Counted from the first letter of the stretch, positions 50,362 to 60,875 are shown. The stretch is 64,000 nt of DNA from Spirochaetia bacterium (GCA_963666985.2 CAXXIA010000002.1:384001-448000); one strand, 5' to 3'. Program-made: numbers and translations. The notes: generated from the letters alone by a model not told the origin.

Positions 50362-51330
50362 CTATACCGGATCTCCGTCGATCCGGGCAGCCAGATTTTC
50401 AATCCATTTCGGAGGATTCTCTCCGGCCGCGCGAAGCACATCATCACCGTGATAATCAACGCCCTTCAGGAAGCCTGCCTCCCGCGGGGCCTCGTCGATC
50501 ATCCCCTTTTTGATTCCGAATTCAAGGGTGTCTTCCCGGCAGCCGCCGCTGCCGCATAGCCCCGAGAAACGTTCGGTAAACGCCGGAGTCTTCCCGAAAT
50601 TCCATTCCCGTGACTTCAAGCGTAAAAGGGCCTGATCAAAAACGGAATCACCGGTAAAATTCAGAGGATCGATGAATTGCGGTTTCGATCCGCCGCCCCA
50701 CTCCGCGGTTAAAATCCGAATAATCTCTTCAGCGGTTAAGCCGGGGTGAATGTCGGATAGATTCGCCATCGGCGAGGGCTTTGAAGGAACACCGCGGGCA
50801 TCCATGTCCCGCATCTCCTGCCGGATAAGCCGCCCAATACCGTTAAGATCGGCATTCACAAGCAGGGTTCCGTGATGCATTGAGGCTTGTGAAGTTCTCC
50901 GGAAAGCGCTTCCCCCGACTTTCCGAATAATATCGGTTCGAACAGTCAAATCGTGTCTGCCGCTTGTAAGCGCCTCTATTCCCAAGCCGCTTAAAGTTCG
51001 AATAATCCGCTCAAGATTCTCTTTAGGATTCGGAGGATGTGCCGTAATTATGGAGTAATTCACGTTCCCCGGGCCATGAACCACGGTGCCCCCGCCGCTG
51101 AGACGCCGAAGAAGAGGGATTCCCATCCGCTCGGCCAGTCCGGTGCGGCATTCACGCCAGGGATTCTGCGATCGGCCGACGACGACGGCCGGATTATTTT
51201 CATAGAGCAGCAGAATCCCGCCTTCGGGTATCGCCGAAGCAAAGAGAGACTCTTCAAGGGCGAAATTAAGCGCCGGGTCTCGCCCGAGAGAAATAAAAAC
51301 AGGCGATGGCGAAGACGGGTAATACGTCAT
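50362..51330 (-). CDS. lplA: Lipoate--protein ligase A family
   Basis: NFALEE, VVVGRSQNPW.E, RRLSGGGTV.H, K..GSA and HHGTLL. Confidence 0.85.
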   Translation of the reverse strand: MTYYPSSPSPVFISLGRDPALNFALEESLFASAIPEGGILLLYENNPAVVVGRSQNPWRECRTGLAERMGIPLLRRLSGGGTVVHGPGNVNYSIITAHPPNPKENLERIIRTLSGLGIEALTSGRHDLTVRTDIIRKVGGSAFRRTSQASMHHGTLLVNADLNGIGRLIRQEMRDMDARGVPSKPSPMANLSDIHPGLTAEEIIRILTAEWGGGSKPQFIDPLNFTGDSVFDQALLRLKSREWNFGKTPAFTERFSGLCGSGGCREDTLEFGIKKGMIDEAPREAGFLKGVDYHGDDVLRAAGENPPKWIENLAARIDGDPV

Positions 51331-51535
51331 GGGCGGATTCGCCGCCTTCGGACGGGATGCCTCACTGATTCCTCCATGTTTACAGCCTTCCCCGCTTTTT
51401 CAGACTCCGCGGCCGGAAAAACTCCGCTCCTGACCGATTTCTCATGCAAACATCATCGATATCTCATTTACAGGCCGGATATTACCGGCATAGGCGCCGG
51501 TCGGAGACACTGTTCCGAACCGCGATAATCATAGC

Positions 51536-51569
51536 AAAGAAGAGGCGGATACTGGAGCCTCTTCTTTTT
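51536..51569. terminator. Terminator-like hairpin in a divergent intergenic region
   Basis: AAAGAAGAGGC-10 nt-GCCTCTTCTTT(TT). Confidence 0.6.
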
Positions 51570-51866
51570 AATTTCTTCTAATGTGTATATTAGTTCACTA
51601 TTTAGGCCGAATGCCGAGTTCTCAAACTTGCTTGCAGCCCGGATTGCAGCGGTTCCGGCGCCGTTGATGTGGTCGAGCAAAGTCGAAAAAGCCGGAAGGA
51701 TAGAGCCGTTTGAACGGAGAGAAAAACCGAAATCGGGCAAAGGATCTTTCGGCGATCCAAGATCGACCGGATTCGTCTCTGCCGCTCCCATCACCCACAC
51801 GAATATTTTTCATCCGTAAGACCCGCTTCTCTCCGCCGGCTTTTCAATGCTACTCTCAAAACCACT

Positions 51867-52874
51867 ATGATAGCCATTACCGGCGCCACGGGACATCTCG
51901 GGCAGGCAATCCTGCGTCAGCTGCGCATTAAGGGTGAAGATGTAACCGCCGTCGTCCGAGCGGGTTCGGATCGTAATCTTCTGAAAGGGTTCTGCGGAAA
52001 AATCGCGGAAGCGCCTCTTGATGATGCCGAGGGACTGGCACAGGCCTTCGACGGTGCGGCCGCCGTAATCCACGCCGCGGCACTCATCGATATCCGCCGC
52101 GGACAATTAAAGGCGATGCATAAGGTGAACGTTACGGGAACCGAAAACGTCCTGAAAGCTTGCCGAGCCGCCGGTGTTGGACGCCTGGTTTATCTCAGCA
52201 GTATCGAGGCTTTGAATCTTCGCGGCGAAAGACGCCCGATTACCGAAGAGGCGGGGCTTTCGCGCGGCGATGCGATCATGGAATACGGAAATACCAAGGC
52301 CGAGGCCACCGGACTGGTCGTGGACGCCGGCCTTCGGGGATCACCTGAAACCGTCTCTTTGTGTCCGACAAGCATTATCGGTCCCTGGGATTATAAAGAC
52401 GGTCTTTTTACCACCATGATCCGGCGTTTTCTCGCCGGGAAGATACCGGCGGCGATTCCGGGAGGATTCGATTTCGTCGATGTCCGCGATGCGGCGGCGG
52501 GAGTAATCGCGGCCGTTGAGAGAGGCCGAACCGGCGAGATGTACCTGCTCACGGGGGAACGGATATCTGTAAAAGAACTGTTCCGGATTCTGGAACGCCA
52601 TAGCGGTGTTCGCGCTCCCAAAACGACTCTGCCCCTATGGCCGGCGAAGGTCTCGGGTGAAGTTTGTGAAGCCTATTCCCGGATAACGGGCAGAAAGGCC
52701 CTGTTTACAAAATCATCCATCGAGATTCTGCAGGTTGACGCGGATTTCGATTCGTCCAAAGCCCGCGAAGAGCTCGGATACCGCAGCAGAACCGTATCGG
52801 AATCGCTTGCCGACACGGTGAAATGGCTGCGGTTGAAGACCGAGGTGAATCCGGCGCCGGCGGCTGAAGCCTAA
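51867..52874 (+). CDS. NAD-dependent epimerase/dehydratase (extended SDR, dihydroflavonol reductase-like)
   Basis: ITGATGHLG, HAAA, YGNTK and FVDVRD. Confidence 0.88.
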   Translation: MIAITGATGHLGQAILRQLRIKGEDVTAVVRAGSDRNLLKGFCGKIAEAPLDDAEGLAQAFDGAAAVIHAAALIDIRRGQLKAMHKVNVTGTENVLKACRAAGVGRLVYLSSIEALNLRGERRPITEEAGLSRGDAIMEYGNTKAEATGLVVDAGLRGSPETVSLCPTSIIGPWDYKDGLFTTMIRRFLAGKIPAAIPGGFDFVDVRDAAAGVIAAVERGRTGEMYLLTGERISVKELFRILERHSGVRAPKTTLPLWPAKVSGEVCEAYSRITGRKALFTKSSIEILQVDADFDSSKAREELGYRSRTVSESLADTVKWLRLKTEVNPAPAAEA

Positions 52875-52942
52875 CAGGTTGTTGAACACCCTTACCGGCC
52901 TTCGGGAATAAAAACGCGGGCAAGAGACTTCGACAATCCGAT

Positions 52943-54619
52943 TTATTTTTTTTCTGCGGGCAGAAATCCGCCTCTTTTCAGCAGGGCTTCGAACGCATCG
53001 GCGTTTACGGGAGGAGAAAAATAGAATCCCTGAAGGGCATCGGCTTCAAGCCCCGCGAGAATAACGGCCTGTGCCGCGTTCTCCACGCCTTCAATCACGG
53101 TATGACGCTGTCGATCTTTCACGAGATCGATCATATGTTCGAGAAAACGCCGATTCTCTTCATTGCTCTCAATGCCGTCCACAAAGGCTTTGTCGATTTT
53201 AAGAACCGACGCCTGAAGATCTTTAAGATAGCGCAGAGACGACTGACCTGTACCGAAATCATCGATGTAGACTTTAAAGCCTCTTTCATCGAGTTCTTCT
53301 ATCCTATTCATAGCCTTAGCCGTACTGCTCAAAGCCTCGGATTCGGTTATTTCAAGCCTCAGTCGTTCGGGTTTTACACCCGCGCGCTCCAAAGCGGTTT
53401 CCAGAGAATCAATGAGACTGTCGCTCTCAAAAACCCTGGCCGAAAGATTTATCGAGAGATAAATGTCGTACTCTTTCCACCTGGCAAGATGACGGGCCGC
53501 CGAAAAAATAACCTGCTTCTCCATTTCCATGTTCAGTCCCGTTTCAACGGCAAGAGGAATGAAACTGTCGGGCAGCAAGAGTCCTTTTTCCGGATGATGC
53601 CAACGAAGCAGACACTCGGCTCCTTTGATACAGCCGATCGGGTCCACTATCGGCTGAAAGTAGAGCTCAAAGCGATCTTCAAAAAGTGACAAGCGAAGCT
53701 GAGCGATAAGCTGCTGCTTTTCAACGGAACGGGCATGAAGCTCTCCGTCGTAAAATTGATACGAGATATTTTCTTCCCGTGCCGAGTTCAGAGCGGCTTC
53801 GGAATTTACTATGAGGTTATCCCTGTTGTCGGCATCCCGAGGGTACAAAGCCACTCCGAGACGGCTATCGGGCCTGATTTCATGAAGTCCCTTCGGATAG
53901 GGCATGGAAACCACAGTATTGATGGACTCCGCCAAAAGAGCCAGATCTTCCGGATTGTTGAAGTTGGTAAGCAGTATTCCAAGTTCATCGGATTCACACC
54001 GGAACAGCGGAACATCATCACCAAGGTGCTTTTTCAGCCTCAGTCCCGTATTCTCGACGATGTGCGTGGCTATTCCGGCACCATGCTGCCGGCGGATTAA
54101 AGAAAGATTTTCAATGGCAAGGGTTATGAGAACTCTGGGGTTATCCTCCAGGCCGCTCTCCACCTTCTGAATCTCACGGTCCACGACAATATCCATGGAA
54201 CGCCTGTTGAACAAACCGGTCGCCGGATCGCGAAATTCATACGCCATAAGGCGTGTTTCCAGCTCTCCCAGCCTGCTGATGTCATGGGAAATAACCAGAG
54301 CATGGGTAACAGGTCCGTCTTCCTCTTCCCTAAATGGGAAAAAAAGAACTTCAACATATTTCATCGACTCGCCGAAAGGAAACTCGTCGAGATACCGAAC
54401 CTCTTCCCCGTTAAGACAGCGCTGAAGAGTATCCTCTATGGAAGCTTCATAACGCGCCCGTCCCCAAATTTCTTCCACAGTCCTCCCGACAATTTCCTCC
54501 GATTTTTTCCCAAAGGCGCGCAGATAAGCCTTATTGGCGAATTGATAGCGCCCCTCGCGATCAATCAGTGTAATGAAATCGCGGGAAATCTGGACAATGG
54601 AACGGTACGGATCGTTCAT
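52943..54619 (-). CDS. PAS + degenerate GGDEF + EAL phosphodiesterase
   Basis: PAS domain; GGDEF site degenerate (CESDEL); FQPIV..ECLLRW, EITE, DDFGTG, KIDK and EGVE. Confidence 0.88.
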   Translation of the reverse strand: MNDPYRSIVQISRDFITLIDREGRYQFANKAYLRAFGKKSEEIVGRTVEEIWGRARYEASIEDTLQRCLNGEEVRYLDEFPFGESMKYVEVLFFPFREEEDGPVTHALVISHDISRLGELETRLMAYEFRDPATGLFNRRSMDIVVDREIQKVESGLEDNPRVLITLAIENLSLIRRQHGAGIATHIVENTGLRLKKHLGDDVPLFRCESDELGILLTNFNNPEDLALLAESINTVVSMPYPKGLHEIRPDSRLGVALYPRDADNRDNLIVNSEAALNSAREENISYQFYDGELHARSVEKQQLIAQLRLSLFEDRFELYFQPIVDPIGCIKGAECLLRWHHPEKGLLLPDSFIPLAVETGLNMEMEKQVIFSAARHLARWKEYDIYLSINLSARVFESDSLIDSLETALERAGVKPERLRLEITESEALSSTAKAMNRIEELDERGFKVYIDDFGTGQSSLRYLKDLQASVLKIDKAFVDGIESNEENRRFLEHMIDLVKDRQRHTVIEGVENAAQAVILAGLEADALQGFYFSPPVNADAFEALLKRGGFLPAEKK

Positions 54620-54697
54620 TGCCTATTAGTATAACGACGTAAACAAGCTCCCTTCCATCTCTTTTACAGAAAGCCGCCTCTCGTTATGCTCATTGTT

Positions 54698-55504
54698 ATG
54701 AACTTGAAACCTCTTATTCTTATTTCTAATGACGACGGTATTGAATCTCCGGGTCTCCATGCCGCGATTGAAGCCCTTTCCCCCATCGCCGATCTGCTGA
54801 TAGCCGCCCCGGCCTCCCAGCAGACCGCCATGGGACGTTCTCTCCGATATGAAAAAAGCGCCGTATTCCGACGGCACGATTTGGAAATAAACGGAACGAT
54901 TTTCAAAGGCTGGTCTCTGGAAGCGACACCGGCAACGACCGTACGGCACGCACTCCAATGTCTGATCGAAGAGAAAAAACCGGATATGGTGGTTTCCGGA
55001 GTCAATTTCGGAGAAAACGTGGGGACCGACGTTACGGCTTCGGGAACAGTCGGCGCGGCGCTGCAGGCGGCCATCTGGGGATATAAGGCTCTGGCGGTTT
55101 CTCTGGAAGTTCCGCAGGAATTCCACTATTACCACGGAGAAGTGGACTGGACGCCCGCGATTATCGTTCTACGGCGGGCCGCGGAGAAATTTCTGGCGGC
55201 CGGCTGGCCTGAAGATGTCCATGTAATAAAAATCGACATTCCCGATAATGCCACGGAAGAAACACCCTGGCACGTCTGCCGCCAATCCCTGGAATCCGGG
55301 TGGTGGAGTAATGTACCGAATCCTCATCCGGCCGCCCCTGTGGACTCCTCCGTGGGCGAACGCGGTCCCCTGCCGGGAAGAACATGGAAAGAAGGAGATG
55401 ATATGGCCGTTATCCGCGGCAAAAAGGAAGTCGCGATAACTCCCTTAAGCGTGGATTTAAGTTCCAGGGTTGAATCGGAAGCCGTCAGACGTCTTTTTAC
55501 TTAA
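54698..55504 (+). CDS. surE: 5'/3'-nucleotidase SurE
   Basis: ILISNDDG..SPG, VVSGVN.GEN.G and SGTVGAA. Confidence 0.92.
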   Translation: MNLKPLILISNDDGIESPGLHAAIEALSPIADLLIAAPASQQTAMGRSLRYEKSAVFRRHDLEINGTIFKGWSLEATPATTVRHALQCLIEEKKPDMVVSGVNFGENVGTDVTASGTVGAALQAAIWGYKALAVSLEVPQEFHYYHGEVDWTPAIIVLRRAAEKFLAAGWPEDVHVIKIDIPDNATEETPWHVCRQSLESGWWSNVPNPHPAAPVDSSVGERGPLPGRTWKEGDDMAVIRGKKEVAITPLSVDLSSRVESEAVRRLFT

Positions 55505-55700
55505 ACCGCGGCCATCTTAAGCACCGCCGCGGCGAAAGACTCCTCCGCTATTTTGAGGATGGAGGCGTTTCTTATTCCTGTTCTAAAAAAAACGGAGAAC
55601 CGTACGCTCTCCGTTTAAAACGCGCTGATAAGAAACCTTCTCCCCAGCGGCCGCGATTATACGAGCCGCGAGGGTTCTTTTTCCGATGCGCTTTTCGCCC

Positions 55701-56543
55701 TTATTTGAGCTGATCCATGGCGATGAAGTCCATGTCGTCGAACGTGATGTTCTCGCCGCACATGCCCCAGATAAACGTGTAGGAATTCGTGCCGACACCG
55801 GCATGGATGGACCAGCTCGGCGAGATAACTCCCTGCTCGTTGGCCACGACCAGATGCCGTGTCTGGTCGGGCCGGCCGCACAGATGAAACACGCGCGTGT
55901 CGGGGTCCATATCAAAATACATATACACCTCCATGCGCCTTTCATGAGTATGGCAGGGCATGGTATTCCAAACGCTCCCCGGGGCCAGGATGGTCATTCC
56001 CATCACGAGCTGGCAGCTCTGACAGACCGCGGGATGGACAAATTGATTGATGGTCCGTACGTTCAAGTTTTCAGGCGATCCGAGCTCGACTTTATTCGCT
56101 TTATTCAAGTCGATAAGCACCGTCGGATAGGCATGATGCGCCGGCGATGAATTGACGTAAAACTTGGCGGGTTTCGCGGCATCGGCTGAGGCGAAACTCA
56201 CATTCCGGGAGCCCATGCCGATATACATGCCTTCGCGGGATTTTACAGGATATTCGGTGCCGTCGACGGTTATGCTTCCGTCTCCGCCGATATTGATAAC
56301 GCCCATTTCACGGCGTTCCAGAAACGAGCCTACGCCCAGTTCCTTACCCGCTTCCAAGGCCAGCGGCGCTGAAGTCGGCTGTATTCCCCCCGCGATAATG
56401 CGGTCGACATGCGAATACGTCAGAGAAATCTCACCGGGCCGAAACGGTTTCTCAATCAGAAACTTTTCCCTCATTTCCTCCGTGGTGAAACGCTTCGCGG
56501 CGTCCGGATGATCCGCGTATCGGGTATCCAATTCCAAACTCAT
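55701..56543 (-). CDS. kduI: 4-deoxy-L-threo-5-hexosulose-uronate ketol-isomerase
   Basis: YSHVDR, FLERREMG, WNTMPCHTHERRME and SPSWSIH. Confidence 0.95.
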   Translation of the reverse strand: MSLELDTRYADHPDAAKRFTTEEMREKFLIEKPFRPGEISLTYSHVDRIIAGGIQPTSAPLALEAGKELGVGSFLERREMGVINIGGDGSITVDGTEYPVKSREGMYIGMGSRNVSFASADAAKPAKFYVNSSPAHHAYPTVLIDLNKANKVELGSPENLNVRTINQFVHPAVCQSCQLVMGMTILAPGSVWNTMPCHTHERRMEVYMYFDMDPDTRVFHLCGRPDQTRHLVVANEQGVISPSWSIHAGVGTNSYTFIWGMCGENITFDDMDFIAMDQLK

Positions 56544-56573
56544 GTTCTGCTCCCTCCGATCCTTTCGGACCGA

Positions 56574-57203
56574 TTAGATCTTTGCGATTTTCACCGCTTC
56601 CGCGACAAGCCTCGTTACTTCATCCCAATTAGACGCCGCAAGAAGCTTCTTATCAACCAGCCAGCTTCCGCCGCAGGCGATAATTGCCGGATGCGCCAGC
56701 CATTCGAACAAATTTCCCGCGCCGATTCCGCCGGTGGGACAAAACTTCACATCACCATAAGGTCCGTGAAAAGCTTTAATCTTCGCCAGTCCTCCGGACG
56801 CGCCCGCCGGGAAAAACTTCAGGGTATCCAGTCCCATGGCCAATCCCATTTCTATGCCCAGGGTGGAATCTATTCCCGGAAGAATGGGAATATTGTTCTT
56901 TACAGCCCATTCCACGATGGGAACGCCGAATCCCGGACTCACCAGGAATGCCGCTCCGGCATCCATGGCGGCTTTGGCTTGATCCAGGGTTCTGACCGTT
57001 CCTGCTCCCACAAGAATATCTTTCCGATCGGCCATCTTGCGGATGGCTTTCTCGGCACCCGCCAGCCGAAAGGTAACTTCGGCCACAGGCAATCCTCCGG
57101 CGATGAGCGCCGATGCCAGGTCATCCGCTTTGCCCGGATCGTCCAAAGCGATCACCGGTACCACTTTCAACTCGGCCAGACGGCCGACAAAATCTTCGTA
57201 CAT
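56574..57203 (-). CDS. eda: KDPG/KHG aldolase
   Basis: AEVTFR, VGAGTV, VSPG, LKFFPA and PTGGI. Confidence 0.93.
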   Translation of the reverse strand: MYEDFVGRLAELKVVPVIALDDPGKADDLASALIAGGLPVAEVTFRLAGAEKAIRKMADRKDILVGAGTVRTLDQAKAAMDAGAAFLVSPGFGVPIVEWAVKNNIPILPGIDSTLGIEMGLAMGLDTLKFFPAGASGGLAKIKAFHGPYGDVKFCPTGGIGAGNLFEWLAHPAIIACGGSWLVDKKLLAASNWDEVTRLVAEAVKIAKI

Positions 57204-57250
57204 CTTTATCCTCATTTAGCGCATCTTGGAACGCCGATTAATGCACAACT

Positions 57251-57729
57251 CACATACATCGCTCAACAGCTGAATTACGAAGTAATTTAGCGAACCTACA
57301 CAGCTGTTCGGCACAGCCGAACAGCGAGCAATCCCGAAGCTTCTCTATGGAATAACTCCTCCTGCATAACGGCGCAATTTACGAAATCTCACAAAAATTA
57401 CCGAGTAGTGCTTTCGCCTTCGGCTATCGCACATACATCGTTACACAGCTGAATTACGGTGTAATTCAGCGAGCAATTTTAGATATCCTCCATCACAACG
57501 GCATAATTCATGGATCTTCTCAGGATTTACCGAGTAGTGCTTTCGCCTACGGCTATCGCACATACATCGTTACACAGCTGAATTACGGTGTAATTCAGCG
57601 AGCAATTTTAGATATCCTCCATCACAACGGCATAATTCATGGATCTTCTCAGGATTTACCGAGTAGTGCTTTCGCCTACGGCTATCGCACATACATCGTA
57701 AATCCAAAAGCTCCTCTATGAATTATGCC
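57251..57729. repeat. 129-bp tandem mosaic of palindromic modules (BIME/REP-like)
   Basis: Units start at 57398, 57527 and 57656 (period 129, nearly identical); degenerate modules at 57251-57357. Confidence 0.9.
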
Positions 57730-57731
57730 TT

Positions 57732-58832
57732 TTACCGATCAACCCTGGCGGATCCTCCGCCCACAAGCTTTTCAACCTCATCCAAAGAAGCCATCGTGGT
57801 ATCGCCGGGGGTGGTCATCGCCAGAGCTCCGTGAGCCGCGCCGTACTCCACCGCCGCGGCCGCGCCTTTATCGGCCAGAAATCCGTAAATAAGCCCCGAA
57901 GCGAAACTGTCGCCGCCGCCCACGCGGTCGAAAATCTCTAAATTGTCTCTCTGAGCAGCCTTATGGAATTCACCATCGTGCCAAAGCACGGCGCTCCAAT
58001 GATTCACCGTGGCCGTCACGACATCGCGCAGTGTCGTAGCAACCGCCTTGAAATTCGGGTAAGCGGCAACGGCTTTGGAAATCATGGCTTTGAACGACTC
58101 CAGCTTGATGCCCGTAATCGATTTATCCAAACCTTCAATTTCGAATCCCAAACACGCGGTGAAATCCTCTTCATTCCCGATCATCACGTCCACCAGCGGC
58201 GCGATGCGCTTGTTGATCTCCTGAGCCTTGGCCGCGCCGCCGATGGCCTTCCACAAAGACGGCCGGTAATTCAAATCATAGCTGATCACCGTTCCGTGAC
58301 GTTTGGCCGCTTCCATCGCTTCGATGACCGTTTCCGCCGTGGTTTCCGAGAGCGCGGCGAAAATACCGCCCGTATGGAACCATCGAACGCCTTCGCTGCC
58401 GAAAATCGCGTCCCAGTCCACTTCTCCGGGACGCATTTCCGAAGCGGCCGTATGGGCCCGATCCGAGCACCCTTTGGCCCCCCGCAAACCGAAGCCGCGT
58501 TCGGTAAAATTCAATCCCTGACGGGAAGTGCGGCCGATACCGTCGTAAGGCCGCCAAATCAGATGTGATAAATCCACGCCGCCCTGAAGCATCAGGTCTT
58601 CCAGAAGCAGACCGAGTTCGTTTCGCGGCGCCGCGGTTACCACGGTGGCCCTCTGTCCGAAACAGCGCTTCAGTCCCCGGGCGACATTGTATTCTCCGCC
58701 GCCTTCCCAAACCCAGAACTCCCGTGAATTACGAACCCTGCCGTCGCCCGGATCCAGACGCAGCATCACTTCCCCGAGGGAAAGAATGTCCCATCGGCAT
58801 TCGGCGGCGGGCTTTATTGCAAGCTTCAACAT
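57732..58832 (-). CDS. kdgK: 2-dehydro-3-deoxygluconokinase (PfkB family)
   Basis: LGEVMLRL, GGGEYNVA, SYDLNYR and DRVGGGDSF; operon context. Confidence 0.9.
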   Translation of the reverse strand: MLKLAIKPAAECRWDILSLGEVMLRLDPGDGRVRNSREFWVWEGGGEYNVARGLKRCFGQRATVVTAAPRNELGLLLEDLMLQGGVDLSHLIWRPYDGIGRTSRQGLNFTERGFGLRGAKGCSDRAHTAASEMRPGEVDWDAIFGSEGVRWFHTGGIFAALSETTAETVIEAMEAAKRHGTVISYDLNYRPSLWKAIGGAAKAQEINKRIAPLVDVMIGNEEDFTACLGFEIEGLDKSITGIKLESFKAMISKAVAAYPNFKAVATTLRDVVTATVNHWSAVLWHDGEFHKAAQRDNLEIFDRVGGGDSFASGLIYGFLADKGAAAAVEYGAAHGALAMTTPGDTTMASLDEVEKLVGGGSARVDR

Positions 58833-58871
58833 ACTGTTATCCCTTTCCTCACTCTCAATTCGCCGGAGATG

Positions 58872-59633
58872 CTACCGGGCCAGCCAGCCGCCGTCGACGG
58901 CGATTGTATAGCCGTTCACGTAATTCGAAGCCGAGGAAGCCAGAAATACGACCGGCCCCTTCATATCGTCGGGAAGTCCCCAGCGTCCGGCGGGAATACG
59001 CTCCAGCAATTCGGCGCTGCGCTTTTCGTCCGCCCGCAAGGCCGCCGTATTGTTGGTGGCCATATAACCGGGAGCCACGGCATTGATATTGATTCCATGA
59101 GAGGCCCATTCGTTGGCCATCAGTCTGGTGATGCCCATAACTCCGCTTTTACTGGCGGTATAACTGGGAACCCGGATGCCGCCCTGGAAGGAAAGCATTG
59201 AGGCGACATTGATGATTTTCCCGCCGCTCCCTTGAGAAATGAACTGCCTGGCCGCCGCCTGACTGAAGAAAAACACGGTCTTTATATTGATATTCATCAC
59301 ATCGTCCCAGTCCTTCTCGGAGAATGCAATGGCGTCTTCTCTGCGGATAATGCCCGCATTGTTCACCAGAATATCCACATGACCGAACTTCTCCACCGCA
59401 GAAGTTATAATTCCTTCAATAGGCTCGACGGACGACAAATCGGCTTTAATGCCAAGAAACGACCGGCCGAGCGCTTCAACCGCTTCCTTCGTCTCCGGAG
59501 CATCGACATAATCGACGCCGACAATGTCGGCTCCCGCTTCGGCCAATCCCAAGGACATGCCCTGACCTAGTCCGGTTGAGCATCCGGTTACAATGGCGAC
59601 TTTACCGGACAGGTCGAAATTCTCGAGAATCAT
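58872..59633 (-). CDS. kduD: 2-dehydro-3-deoxy-D-gluconate 5-dehydrogenase
   Basis: TGCSTGLGQG, NNAGIIRR, SMLSFQGGIRVPSYTASK and DGGWLAR. Confidence 0.95.
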   Translation of the reverse strand: MILENFDLSGKVAIVTGCSTGLGQGMSLGLAEAGADIVGVDYVDAPETKEAVEALGRSFLGIKADLSSVEPIEGIITSAVEKFGHVDILVNNAGIIRREDAIAFSEKDWDDVMNINIKTVFFFSQAAARQFISQGSGGKIINVASMLSFQGGIRVPSYTASKSGVMGITRLMANEWASHGININAVAPGYMATNNTAALRADEKRSAELLERIPAGRWGLPDDMKGPVVFLASSASNYVNGYTIAVDGGWLAR

Positions 59634-59766
59634 TGTTCACTCCTTAGGGGACCGAAAGAAAGAAAGCGTTAGTTTACAAATGCTTCTCATATCCGTAAAA
59701 AAATCGGCCCCCTTACCACCATAATCCTCAGGGGAAAGGGATTTGTCAATATGATATTGAAATCGC

Positions 59767-59783
59767 GTTCCGCATTATGAAAC
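59767..59783. promoter_or_regulatory. Putative IclR operator upstream of kduD
   Basis: GTTCCGCATTATGAAAC; its reverse complement matches 60859-60875 at 14/17 positions. Confidence 0.65.
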
Positions 59784-60063
59784 ATAAAATAACGACAAAA
59801 AAACTCTTGACGGGGGCAAATTCATAAATCATGAACTTGCTATATCCGCCGGCCGCAAAAAAAACTCGCTTTAAAGGGGTTTCATTTCAAAAACGCCGAT
59901 TTCTAAATGCACCTCATGAGCAATCTCACAATACATGAACATGTCCGCATCGAATAACCGATCCCCTCGTATTCGCTTTATCAAGAGTCATATGCACACA
60001 TTCGTATATTTTAAAAATACCCACCCGTCTCCGGCGGTAACGGCTTGGAAATCCGGGAGGCCT

Positions 60064-60840
60064 TCAGCTCCCGGCGATTGATGTTCCTCTGGGGAAAAAG
60101 CCGAGATGACGGGAAATATCGTCCGCGGCGGCCTTTAATGCGCGTCCTCTTTCGATAACGGCGTCCGAATCGCGATACCCTTCCCAAGCCGAGCTGATGG
60201 CGGCGATGGTAATGCCTCTGTAATCCTTGATGGGCGCGCCGACGCAGGAAACGCCCATTTCATTTTCTTCAATATCCTCGGCCCAGCCGCGCATGCGAAA
60301 CTCTTCGAAGAACCGCAGAAGTTCATCGATATCCACCACGGTCTTCTCCGTAACTTTCTTCAATGGTTTCCGGGTGAAAAGAGCTCTCAATTCCTCCGGC
60401 TTTCGGTCCATAACCAACGCTTTTCCCAGAGACGTACAGTGTATGGGCACCCTGCGTCCGATAATGGAATACCGGCGCAGACCATCATAACGCTCCACTT
60501 TATCCAAATACACAACCTCGTCTTCTTGGAGTACGGCCAGAAAAACCGTTTCACCGAGACGTTCGGATAATCTGCGGAGATAGGGTTCCGCTTCGGTTTT
60601 AATTTCCAAGCTGTTCAGGTAATGACTGGTAAGGGCGATGAAGCCCAGCCCCAAACGGTAGAAACCCGTTTCATCACTCTGTTCGATATAACCGCGATCT
60701 TTCAGTGAGGCGAGAATCCGATGTACGGTGCTTTTATGAAGATCAAGCTTGGTACTGATCTGTGTAAGCGCAAACCCTTTTCGTTCGCGGGAAAGAAGCT
60801 CAAGGATGTCGAAGGCCCGATCAAGGGATTGGACTGCCAT
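60064..60840 (-). CDS. IclR-family transcriptional regulator (KdgR-like role)
   Basis: VQSLDRAFDIL..L, LHKSTVHRIL, TSLGKA and CVGAPI.D. Confidence 0.93.
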   Translation of the reverse strand: MAVQSLDRAFDILELLSRERKGFALTQISTKLDLHKSTVHRILASLKDRGYIEQSDETGFYRLGLGFIALTSHYLNSLEIKTEAEPYLRRLSERLGETVFLAVLQEDEVVYLDKVERYDGLRRYSIIGRRVPIHCTSLGKALVMDRKPEELRALFTRKPLKKVTEKTVVDIDELLRFFEEFRMRGWAEDIEENEMGVSCVGAPIKDYRGITIAAISSAWEGYRDSDAVIERGRALKAAADDISRHLGFFPRGTSIAGS

Positions 60841-60858
60841 GGGTTCAGAGAATATCGA

Positions 60859-60875
60859 GTTTCATGATACGAAAC
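60859..60875. promoter_or_regulatory. Putative IclR autoregulatory operator
   Basis: Palindrome GTTTC-ATGATAC-GAAAC lying in the spacer and overlapping the -35 of the predicted iclR promoter (TTGTTT-17-TATTCT). Confidence 0.65.

Noticed and set aside
57398..57699. CRISPR array or integron attC array
   Set aside because: The intervening sequences are identical rather than unique spacers, and there are no cas or intI genes or cassette ORFs. The AAC...GTT pairs are only weakly attC-like.
59975..59995. TTATCAAGAG resembling the start of a SAM-I riboswitch
   Set aside because: The downstream SAM-I core and P1 partner are absent, and the orientation and context do not fit.
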